Of a stretch of 64,000 nucleotides of DNA, positions 56,298 through 64,000 are shown piece after piece. Positions within the stretch are counted from its first letter, which is position 1. Each line of letters opens with the position of its first letter. Both the position numbers and the translations under genes were made by a program. This stretch comes from a virus. Below the pieces are notes generated by a model. It had not been told where the DNA came from, ran no database searches, and saw only the letters and a list, made by a program, of their open reading frames with translations. The stretch covers positions 20,962 to 84,961 of the IMG/VR virus record IMGVR_UViG_3300017917_000199; one strand, 5' to 3'.

Positions 56298-57005
56298 TTA
56301 ACGCTTTGCACGTCCTACGTCACCTGCTGGTTCTTCTTCAGGCTCGGGAATTTCTTCTGCGTCTGCTTCTAAATCAGCACCAGCTTCTAAGCCAGCGTCC
56401 ATGCCAGCTTCAGCGCCTAAGTCAGCGCCCATTTCAGCACCTGCGTCAAAAGCAGCCATGTCGCCACCTTGACCAGTAACAGTACCTAAAGCAGCCTTCA
56501 TACCAGCAAACGCTTCTTTCAATGTAGCACTTAATGTATCTAGCTGTTGAGAAACTTGGTCATTGTATTGTTGTGCTTCGTTAACACCAATTTCAGACTC
56601 GATGCTTGATACTAATGCAGGTAGTTCTTTGACTTGCATTTGACCAACATCTTCTAGCATTTTCTGAATAGAATCAACCATGTCTTGTGCAGCTAAAACA
56701 ACTTGAGACTTTTCAACCTCTTCGTTTTCAACTACAATTCTTGCTTTAGGTGTTGCTTCAATCTCAGCCATTCTGTCAGAAAGTGCTTGCTCCATGAATA
56801 CAAGTTTCATGTATGATGGACTAGTTTGCTTCTCATAGAAGTCTGGTGATTGGCGTGTTTCATTCATCAAGCCACGCACTTTGCGTAACATAGATTGTGC
56901 TGAAATAGCATTTAATGACTCTACGCTGAAAGGTAGGTCATAATTTTCTTTAAGTGCTTTAGCAGCCTTAGAGATTTTTTTGTTGTCAAATTCGGTTAGT
57001 TTCAT
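56298..57005 (-). CDS. Putative prohead core/scaffold-like protein
   Basis: MKLTE; coiled-coil with acidic tail; late promoter upstream. Confidence 0.45.
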   Translation of the reverse strand: MKLTEFDNKKISKAAKALKENYDLPFSVESLNAISAQSMLRKVRGLMNETRQSPDFYEKQTSPSYMKLVFMEQALSDRMAEIEATPKARIVVENEEVEKSQVVLAAQDMVDSIQKMLEDVGQMQVKELPALVSSIESEIGVNEAQQYNDQVSQQLDTLSATLKEAFAGMKAALGTVTGQGGDMAAFDAGAEMGADLGAEAGMDAGLEAGADLEADAEEIPEPEEEPAGDVGRAKR

Positions 57006-57049
57006 AGTTTATCCCAAGATAATATATTATATTTATCTTTTATTTAAAA

Positions 57050-57514
57050 TTATCTATCCAAAATTTCAAAACGTTCACGCTGTAAACGGTCTGAAACTAT
57101 AATGTATCCCTGCAATTCTCTGGTTATTTTGACCTTTTTTAGCTTGTCTTCGTTCAATTTAGCTAGATATATAAAACGGTCTTCGTTGCTTTTAGCCTTT
57201 TTATAGAGTTTTTGGTGCATTTCTAGTGCTAATTCGACCCCAGACAATGTATTGTCTAGTACTTCTACCCTATTGGAATTTAAGATAAGATTCTGTCTGT
57301 CAAAAATACACCAAGCAACTGCATTCTTTAACTTATAAAAAGTTTTCACTGTTGCTGTTTTAAGTTTGTAAACAGTGTATCCTTTGTTTTTTCTTTCAAT
57401 GGTGTATATATTGAATAGGTTGTAGCTTCCATTTTCTTCGTAGATTAAATCAGTAGCTATATTCTGATATTCTTTAACTAAAAATTTTTCTACTTTAACA
57501 GTTTTATCAATCAC
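57050..57514 (-). CDS. Hypothetical protein
   Basis: ORF; start uncertain (ORF track gives 57532). Confidence 0.45.
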   Translation of the reverse strand: MIDKTVKVEKFLVKEYQNIATDLIYEENGSYNLFNIYTIERKNKGYTVYKLKTATVKTFYKLKNAVAWCIFDRQNLILNSNRVEVLDNTLSGVELALEMHQKLYKKAKSNEDRFIYLAKLNEDKLKKVKITRELQGYIIVSDRLQRERFEILDR

Positions 57515-57965
57515 CATTGTTTGATACCTCAAAATAAATGTTACGCAATTCGTCTGTCGAGTCTAGGAACTCGGGTAATTTATTCCATTCAGTTCCTACT
57601 TTAATCATAGGTACACCGTGACAATCAGTGTACAATGCACCTAATTCAGTCAAACCATCAGCAAAAACACTTGGATGCTGAACTTCAAAATCAAAGGACC
57701 AGCAATTATGTTCTTCATCGTCTTGTTCAAACAGGAATCCGAAATTTTTAAATTCTTGAAATTTTATGTTTGTCTTTTGCGGAACTCTCACAACTTCAGG
57801 TTGTGAACGCAAAGAAATTGCTTGTAATACAGTATCGAAATTACACTGAACATTTCTTTTATACTTCCAGTTATCAAAGTTTTCATCATCACTAGGGCGG
57901 TTTCTATTAATCACCCCGGTCTGTGTGATATCAAACAATGTATAACACGTAATCTTATAACTCAT
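57507..57965 (-). CDS. Hypothetical protein
   Basis: 152 aa; TLFDITQTGV motif. Confidence 0.55.
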   Translation of the reverse strand: MSYKITCYTLFDITQTGVINRNRPSDDENFDNWKYKRNVQCNFDTVLQAISLRSQPEVVRVPQKTNIKFQEFKNFGFLFEQDDEEHNCWSFDFEVQHPSVFADGLTELGALYTDCHGVPMIKVGTEWNKLPEFLDSTDELRNIYFEVSNNGD

Positions 57966-57995
57966 ATCACTATTTAACTAGTATTCAACAGCCAC

Positions 57996-58027
57996 AAAAA
58001 AAGGTCTGACGAATCAGACCTTTTTTT
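57996..58027. terminator. Bidirectional terminator
   Basis: AAAAAAAGGTCTGA-CGAA-TCAGACCTTTTTTT. Confidence 0.85.
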
Positions 58028-58042
58028 CAAACTAAATTTGAA

Positions 58043-58414
58043 TTAGTTTGTGAATGTAGCAGAAGCTGTAACAACAACGTTAGCTAAACCTGTAGCTGCT
58101 GTAACTGCTGTGTCTAGAGTAGCAGTTGTCCATGCACCTACTGGATAGATAGCTAATGCTAATGTGTCATCTGTACTATCTGTGTACTCATAGATATGAA
58201 CTGTAGCTAATTGCTCAACTGTTTGGAAAGTTTGTAGCAATTGTGTTGTTGTCATACCTGCGTTAGCAGTGATAGTGAAGAAGTCTAGCTTAGGACCTTG
58301 AGGTTGAACTGTAGCTGCTGATTCAACTGCGTTTAAGCCGCTGTTTGTGTAAGCACCAGAGTCATAGTTGATAACTGGTAGAAAGTCGCCGTTTACTTTT
58401 GTAAATTGTGCCAT
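58043..58414 (-). CDS. Small virion-type protein (possible decoration protein)
   Basis: Own late promoter, leader hairpin, SD and terminator; Ala/Thr-rich. Confidence 0.5.
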   Translation of the reverse strand: MAQFTKVNGDFLPVINYDSGAYTNSGLNAVESAATVQPQGPKLDFFTITANAGMTTTQLLQTFQTVEQLATVHIYEYTDSTDDTLALAIYPVGAWTTATLDTAVTAATGLANVVVTASATFTN

Positions 58415-58505
58415 GATAAAAATCCTTTTATATAGTTGAGACCTACTGTCTCATACTATTATTTATGCCTGGTACAAAAAAATACAGGATTTGGGCGCAA
58501 AAATG

Positions 58506-58751
58506 TTAGGTATTTTTGCTTTTTTTGACGGATTTTGAGAACCTAGATTGGTCTCTTCCCTTGATTGCGCTCAATAGTTTCTTCTCAAGTAATTCAGCTT
58601 GTTCAGGAGTGTAGTGACGATTAATCATTTCAAGTAGATTAATCGCACTGGTAATAATATTGTGTCCGCGACTTTCAATAATATGTGCGGTATCACGGTT
58701 ATTACCCAGTGCTTCTAATTCCTCTAACAGACTACGAGTTTGACGTTGCAT
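58506..58751 (-). CDS. Hypothetical protein
   Basis: 81 aa; late promoter upstream. Confidence 0.55.
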   Translation of the reverse strand: MQRQTRSLLEELEALGNNRDTAHIIESRGHNIITSAINLLEMINRHYTPEQAELLEKKLLSAIKGRDQSRFSKSVKKSKNT

Positions 58752-58788
58752 ATATTTGTCCTATATGTATTTATGCTTATTACTGGAA

Positions 58789-60249
58789 TTATTTCTTTAG
58801 AGAATTCAATAAGGACTTTAATTTAGTACTTCCAACGTCAGCTACAACCTTCTTTTCTAGTGGAGAAAAGTCAAATTTATGATTAGGATCATATGTTGAG
58901 GGGGCAGGCTGTTCTGTTACTGTTGATTGTGTTTTCACTTGATTCAGTATGTCGTTGGGACTCGGTGCAGGTTTATATTTTGCTTGCTGGTCAGCATATC
59001 CATCAGGATCTTCGTCAGTGATACGCATAGTTTCAATGTTATACTCTAAGTCAATTTTTTGACCAACACCCGTAGAACTACGTGATTTCATACACTGAAT
59101 TTGATACTTGCCGCGCTCACGCATACTACGGCTTGTGAAGATACCAAACACGTTATCTGCTGTGTTAATCTTACTAATACCACCAGCAATGTGACTATGG
59201 TCAAATTCGATTTCTTCAACAGCAGATCGGTTCAACTGTGACGCTGTAACTAATAGAATACCTAATTCCTTTGCCAAGTTACGCAATTCTTCTGAAACAT
59301 ACTTGTCTTTGATGAACTGGTCGTTAGGATTAACTTTGACAGATACTGGCATAACAAGATCCAAGTAGTCAACCATAACAAAGTCAACTTTGATACCTGT
59401 TTGAATCTGTACTTCTTTCAGATATGCACGAATATCATTAACGTTGCTCTGTGCGGGCATTGCTTTAACACGATATTGACCAGACTTTTTACCGACCATT
59501 TTAACTTTAAGTTCAGTCGTATCCATGTCTCTACGGATATCCTTCGTACTCATACTTGTTAACATAGCATCAGTACGCAATGATGTTAATTCTTCTGAAA
59601 GTTCAAGTGAGATATAAACACCGCTCAAACCCATTTGCAACCAGTTTAGTGCAATGTTCATCATAACCAATGACTTACCTGATCCTGAACCACCTGCAAA
59701 GATATTCAGTTCACCACGACTGAAACCACCATACAACAGTTTATCCATCTGTGGCCAGCCAGTAGATACTTGACCACCTGCGTTAAAGTATTTGTTTAAA
59801 CGAGTTTTTGGGTCAGCAAAGTAATCTGTACCCATGTCTTTTTGTAGACTGATTTGTACCGCATCTTTGATTAATTTTTCAACTGGGCCATAATCACCCT
59901 TCTCAAGCATATCAGCTGCCTTGAGAATCGCACGTTCTAGTGCTTGTCGCTTAGTAAATTTTTCAAATTCTTCTAGGAATTTTTCTGTGTGCCCTTCTGT
60001 TACATTTTCAATGGGTTCTAATTTAATGCCTGTAGATGCTTCAATAAACTCAGGTTCAGGGATTGTGCTAAACTTGTCTGCACTGTCTTTAAATAATTCT
60101 ACAACCGGTCTTAATGTTTTATCAAAGTTTTCTGCATCGATAATGTTAGCCACACGTGTATATAACTGTGCGTCTGTCAGCATCATTTTCAAAAACCATT
60201 TTTGTAATTCTACTGTATATTCTATTTTAAATTCCGATTTGTTTGCCAA
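58789..60249 (-). CDS. Replicative DnaB-like helicase (T4 gp41-like)
   Basis: STGWPQMD, GGSGSGKS, VDYLDL, TASQLNR, KSR. Confidence 0.92.
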   Translation of the reverse strand: MANKSEFKIEYTVELQKWFLKMMLTDAQLYTRVANIIDAENFDKTLRPVVELFKDSADKFSTIPEPEFIEASTGIKLEPIENVTEGHTEKFLEEFEKFTKRQALERAILKAADMLEKGDYGPVEKLIKDAVQISLQKDMGTDYFADPKTRLNKYFNAGGQVSTGWPQMDKLLYGGFSRGELNIFAGGSGSGKSLVMMNIALNWLQMGLSGVYISLELSEELTSLRTDAMLTSMSTKDIRRDMDTTELKVKMVGKKSGQYRVKAMPAQSNVNDIRAYLKEVQIQTGIKVDFVMVDYLDLVMPVSVKVNPNDQFIKDKYVSEELRNLAKELGILLVTASQLNRSAVEEIEFDHSHIAGGISKINTADNVFGIFTSRSMRERGKYQIQCMKSRSSTGVGQKIDLEYNIETMRITDEDPDGYADQQAKYKPAPSPNDILNQVKTQSTVTEQPAPSTYDPNHKFDFSPLEKKVVADVGSTKLKSLLNSLKK

Positions 60250-61204
60250 TTTTCTTCCTCTGCAATTCTATTTTAATTTTACTATTTGTTGCACTCTGTA
60301 GTATACTCAATAGGGTCGGTAGTTTGCCATACTTGACCACTGCATCGTTTGTATCTTTAACATCAACATCCCAATTAGGTAAGCTGACTTGATAACCTAA
60401 CTCTAATGCTTTATCACATAATTTCAATCCAGTCTTGTCTCTATCCGGAACCACAATTATAGTTTTGTTTAGTGTGCTTAATAGTTGTGCCTGTTCACTG
60501 CTAATGTCATCGTGCATAATTGCTACACCGTCAATAGCAAGTGCGTCGAATATTCCTTCGGTTACAATACACACAGTCCACTCTGGTTTTTGCATATCAA
60601 TGTTAAATACATATCCAGGCTGTTGTTCATTTAAATATTTCGGAGTTCTATCGTCTAAGAATCTACTTGTATGACCTACAATTTTATTTTTGTAGGTGTA
60701 GGGTATAACGACTCTGTTGCCCATACGACCAGGTTCGTCTGGTGTGATTAAGAAGGGATATTCATCGATACTTATACCCCTTCGTTGCACATAATCAGCG
60801 AATACTTTGTGTTGTGGATTATTTTTGTCAAGCAGTTGACCTTCGGGTAGTGTATGGTCTTTGAATTTTATCTTGACTTTCTTTTGTGGCTTAGTGAAGT
60901 CTAGTAAATCTTTGTGCTGTAAACTTTCTAAGCTCCAGCGTTGTATTTCAATGTCATCTATTCCACACCATTTCAATAGATTTCTTGTTTTTGCTCCAAT
61001 TGGTCTACCCAGAACAAAGTTACACTTAAAACTACAGTTAAAGCAATGATATGACCAATTATTTTGTCCATCAAATTTGATACCACCTCGCATCCTACGA
61101 TCGGCTTTGTGTCCATGATGGCTGCAACAAATAGCGTTGAAACTAGTCCAACCGCTACTTGTAGTCTTTTTCTTGCCTGGAATGATAGATAGGATATCAA
61201 ACAT
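60227..61204 (-). CDS. DNA primase (Zn finger + TOPRIM)
   Basis: CC..H...HCFNC; VTEGIFDA; VVPDRD; KDTND. Confidence 0.85.
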   Translation of the reverse strand: MFDILSIIPGKKKTTSSGWTSFNAICCSHHGHKADRRMRGGIKFDGQNNWSYHCFNCSFKCNFVLGRPIGAKTRNLLKWCGIDDIEIQRWSLESLQHKDLLDFTKPQKKVKIKFKDHTLPEGQLLDKNNPQHKVFADYVQRRGISIDEYPFLITPDEPGRMGNRVVIPYTYKNKIVGHTSRFLDDRTPKYLNEQQPGYVFNIDMQKPEWTVCIVTEGIFDALAIDGVAIMHDDISSEQAQLLSTLNKTIIVVPDRDKTGLKLCDKALELGYQVSLPNWDVDVKDTNDAVVKYGKLPTLLSILQSATNSKIKIELQRKKIGKQIGI

Positions 61205-61239
61205 TTTATAAGTGTAACATATTACTTATAAATGTTCAA
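61201..61239 (-). promoter_or_regulatory. Sigma70 promoter (leaderless) embedded in an inverted repeat covering the primase ATG
   Basis: TTGAAC-17-(TG)TACACT-6 nt-ATG; arms ACATTTATAAGT / ACTTATAAAATGT. Confidence 0.65.
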
Positions 61240-61252
61240 TAGGTGTGGTAGA

Positions 61253-62026
61253 TTATCTTGTTAGTATATTGGTTACTGCACCCGTATTACTTACAAATTG
61301 CATTCTGACATAAGGGTGATATCCACGGATAGTGTAACCTTTTGTGTCAGTAACATTAGCTAGACCTGTGTCAGCGGTAATAGGATACCAATCACCGTCA
61401 GGAATAGTAGAACCTTCGATAACGACATTACCATAATACTGTTCATATTTTGTTTGGAACGTCATAATTGGATTGTCGTTTGTAGAGATTACGCTAGTGT
61501 AATATGTGTTTGCGTTACTGTTTGCGTTACTATATTGATTTAAGTTAGGGAAAGGTTGTCCTGTTGGAATAGAAACCTCGTAGCTAGGAACAAAGCTAGG
61601 TAATATGCTGTTAACAATGTTCATTATGCCACGACCACCGGCATTTTGGTCAACAAATACTGGATAGTCAAATGATCCTACAGGTATTTCTAATGTATAG
61701 TAGCATTTCTGTGCGTCAATATCTTCAATTTCCGCAGCGTTAGTAATCAATGCTGCTATCCCGTTTAGTGGTAACTGTAGTGTTAATGCCTTCTGTAAGA
61801 GGACCTGATTACCTGCATTATTTAAAATTCTACAAGTAATTTCTTTACCTGTAATGTCTACTGGCTTTTGTTCTTGGTTCAAGAACTGGAATTGAATCTG
61901 GTTATCTACACCTTTGTGTAGAGTTAAGGGTTTGGCATAAACTGGCATATATCTCCTTGGTGATGTGCCATCGAGTAGCACAACAATATTGCGCTGAAAA
62001 AAGTAAAAAACGGCTGTAGAGTACAT
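61253..62026 (-). CDS. Virion-type protein (BppU-like N-terminal region possible)
   Basis: KGVDNQIQFQFLNQEQKPVDITG; CTAAATA upstream. Confidence 0.5.
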   Translation of the reverse strand: MYSTAVFYFFQRNIVVLLDGTSPRRYMPVYAKPLTLHKGVDNQIQFQFLNQEQKPVDITGKEITCRILNNAGNQVLLQKALTLQLPLNGIAALITNAAEIEDIDAQKCYYTLEIPVGSFDYPVFVDQNAGGRGIMNIVNSILPSFVPSYEVSIPTGQPFPNLNQYSNANSNANTYYTSVISTNDNPIMTFQTKYEQYYGNVVIEGSTIPDGDWYPITADTGLANVTDTKGYTIRGYHPYVRMQFVSNTGAVTNILTR

Positions 62027-62057
62027 ACTGTATTTAGCAAAATATTCTTTTTGTTAT

Positions 62058-62477
62058 TTGGTTTGCCCGATGCTAAATAAAATGTATTTTAACATAATGG
62101 TTCACAACGATTTTTTCAAGAAACTAAGCGAGGCTCACCCATTCATAACAGTGTGTTCCTACGCCAACCAAGATTACGTAGGAATAGTGCAAAACCGTGA
62201 TGACATGGTTACCACTATATATGATTACGGGGCCATTGTCGATCCAGTAATCAAAGAAAAATTCTTAGAATTAGGTGATGTTTGGTGGTGGGAAAGTAAT
62301 AGATTAATACCAATCAATCTATTTCTAAAAGATGAATGGACTATTTTTAAGCCGTATCTACGCACTTTTAACAATAAAAGTCTGTCAATAATACACGGTC
62401 CTGTTTGCAGTATGACAGAATTAAACAAAAGACGTTCAAAACGCCGTAGTATAACGTTAGTTAAGCGACTCAGTTAA
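62058..62477 (+). CDS. Hypothetical protein
   Basis: WWWESNRLIPINLFL motif; true start probably 62082 or 62097. Confidence 0.55.
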   Translation: MVCPMLNKMYFNIMVHNDFFKKLSEAHPFITVCSYANQDYVGIVQNRDDMVTTIYDYGAIVDPVIKEKFLELGDVWWWESNRLIPINLFLKDEWTIFKPYLRTFNNKSLSIIHGPVCSMTELNKRRSKRRSITLVKRLS

Positions 62478-63032
62478 TAAGTTCATATGAACTACAACCA
62501 AATGTGCATATGCAATTGCGTGTGCTTTTTTGAACACATATCCGTCAGTACCCTTATCCCAGACAGTCTTTGCGACTTCTTTCCAAGTTTCCCCAATTAA
62601 ATGCTTTTTGCCAGGACGAATCACAGCTAGAAACATAGCTAATCTTGGGATACTGTCTACTGGTTCGGGCATCTTTTGTAGATTATAAAACTGATTGTTC
62701 AAGTGTATGAGTTTTTCGACAAAAGTGGGGTCTTTCAATTTTGTCCAATCTGGTTCTTTCATTAACGTAACTAAATGTTCTTCGCTTTTGACAGACTCAT
62801 ACACATGAACGTTCAGTAAATCTAACTTAAAATATCCTCGTTTTTCAGCATCAACATAATCAATCGCAGCCATATCATTGATGGGATCATATGGAATATC
62901 TGTGACATACACTCCAGTATTATGCTTACGCATGGGTTTTACATTACGCATAGCCGCTGAGGTATGAGGTATTAGTTTTAATAACTCCTCTCTTGATCCA
63001 AAGTCAATGTCAATGTCTGCATCTAATTTCAT
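62457..63032 (-). CDS. dnaE: DNA polymerase III alpha-like, catalytic palm/fingers fragment (split gene part 2)
   Basis: DADIDIDF, KHNTGVYV, GYFKLDLL, LAVIRPG, YVFKKAHAIAYA. Confidence 0.82.
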   Translation of the reverse strand: MKLDADIDIDFGSREELLKLIPHTSAAMRNVKPMRKHNTGVYVTDIPYDPINDMAAIDYVDAEKRGYFKLDLLNVHVYESVKSEEHLVTLMKEPDWTKLKDPTFVEKLIHLNNQFYNLQKMPEPVDSIPRLAMFLAVIRPGKKHLIGETWKEVAKTVWDKGTDGYVFKKAHAIAYAHLVVVHMNLLTESLN

Positions 63033-63586
63033 TTTTGTGCCAATCCTGCTTCCATCAATTTCTTGTACGCTTGTTGCACAACAATAGCCTGTCTTTCTGC
63101 ATCTTCTACTGCTTTGTGACTAGTCACATGCCCACCGTCTTTAAGTTTGACTCCTGCGATTTCCCATAATGTTCTTGTATCACGCATTGACCAGAAGGGC
63201 CAGGGAATAGGATTAGGCTTATCGCTTGTTTGTCGCCATGCATGTTCCATTACGACCAAATCAAATGGCGCACCATTACTCCATACAGCACGACGGTTCC
63301 AACAAAACTTATAAAGGGTCTCCATGCAATCAGCAAATGGGACTCGTCCCCTGTCTCCCAATGCTTCTTCAAGTGCTTCAGGGCTCTGTTCAGACCACCA
63401 TCGTAATGTATCATCATTGATACTCCTATTATATATTTCAGTTTGATCCTCAACTGTGGGTCGTAATTCTAATCGTTCTACTACACCGTTACCTCTAGGA
63501 TCAAAACGAACGGCACCGATAGTTAGTATAACACAATCAGGTGTTGTGTTCAAACTTTCAATGTCAATCATAATATCCGCCGCCAT
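63029..63586 (-). CDS. DEDDh 3'-5' exonuclease
   Basis: IMIDIESL, WSNGAPFD, RDTRT, HKAVEDA. Confidence 0.85.
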   Translation of the reverse strand: MAADIMIDIESLNTTPDCVILTIGAVRFDPRGNGVVERLELRPTVEDQTEIYNRSINDDTLRWWSEQSPEALEEALGDRGRVPFADCMETLYKFCWNRRAVWSNGAPFDLVVMEHAWRQTSDKPNPIPWPFWSMRDTRTLWEIAGVKLKDGGHVTSHKAVEDAERQAIVVQQAYKKLMEAGLAQK

Positions 63587-63588
63587 TT

Positions 63589-64000
63589 TTATTCCTTATT
63601 TTTACAATTATCAAAGTGATATCGTTTCATTTGATTTCTACCACCTATTTTATCACAATGTGGACATGTTACCTTCGGCATGTTTTTGTTAGGATTCATA
63701 TCACCTTGAAAATTATGTGTTCCTGCGTCTACTCTCTCGTTCGCAAGTTTTTTATTATGAACTTTACCTAACTCTCCTGCCCAGGGGTGTATACCTAATT
63801 TTACTAAATTATTGTTTCTTTGTATAGCATTACGGCTACCTTGCTCACCTTGAAAATTATGGGTTCCGTCTTTTAACCGCTGAGCCTGGACCTGTTTACT
63901 CAATTCTGCTGAAAAATTATGGGTGCCCTCAGCAATTCTTTTGGCTGCTACTGCTTTGCTAAGTTTACTCTGTAATTTTTTGGCTACATCAACTGGAACA
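63589..64000 (-). mobile_element. Partial homing endonuclease-like gene (5' end outside window)
   Basis: Frame is open to the window edge; GTHNF repeats; C-terminal CPHC...RYHFDNC like 46562-47170. Confidence 0.6.

Noticed and set aside
232-63692. Numerous short + strand ORFs in the track antisense to long minus-strand genes (e.g. 1378-1890, 15682-16158, 53384-53854)
   Set aside because: Shadow frames of real genes, with no RBS, promoter or recognisable motifs.
1-64000. tRNA, rRNA, CRISPR array
   Set aside because: No cloverleaf/T-loop pattern or regularly spaced repeat-spacer array seen by eye; intergenic gaps are short. tRNAscan-SE would be decisive.
1-64000. Stop-codon reassignment
   Set aside because: Recognisable genes are full length and tightly packed under the standard code.

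Overview
AT-rich, densely coded 64 kb segment of a large T4-superfamily-like myovirus (probably a jumbo phage). The host is plausibly a Betaproteobacterium, a weak inference from PstS and IscA. Almost all genes are on the minus strand. Virion genes include tail sheath, tube, neck gp13/gp14-like, gp15-like, gp4-like, fibres, a GH19 endolysin and a holin. Replication genes include helicase, primase, clamp loader, exonucleases and dNMP kinase. Host-like stress genes include dps, pstS with a Pho box, phoH, clpA, dnaJ, groES, yccA-like, iscA, pirin, mazG and NUDIX, and there are two homing endonucleases. Main unusual observations: (1) a miniaturised DnaE (Pol III alpha) core split cleanly into two genes about 41 kb apart; (2) a covarying three-hairpin RNA motif in the 5' leaders of two paralogous virion genes; (3) many putative head-packaged proteins with T4 capsid-targeting-like N-termini, including Glu-delimited polyproteins and enzyme cargo (nucleotidyltransferases, GNATs, a ligase-like/HxGH fusion, an ART); (4) an unannotated 27-aa proline-rich cationic peptide gene; (5) recurrent leaderless promoter geometry and promoter-in-hairpin translational switches. 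No tRNA, rRNA or CRISPR array was seen. All calls come from motif reading by eye; no searches were run.
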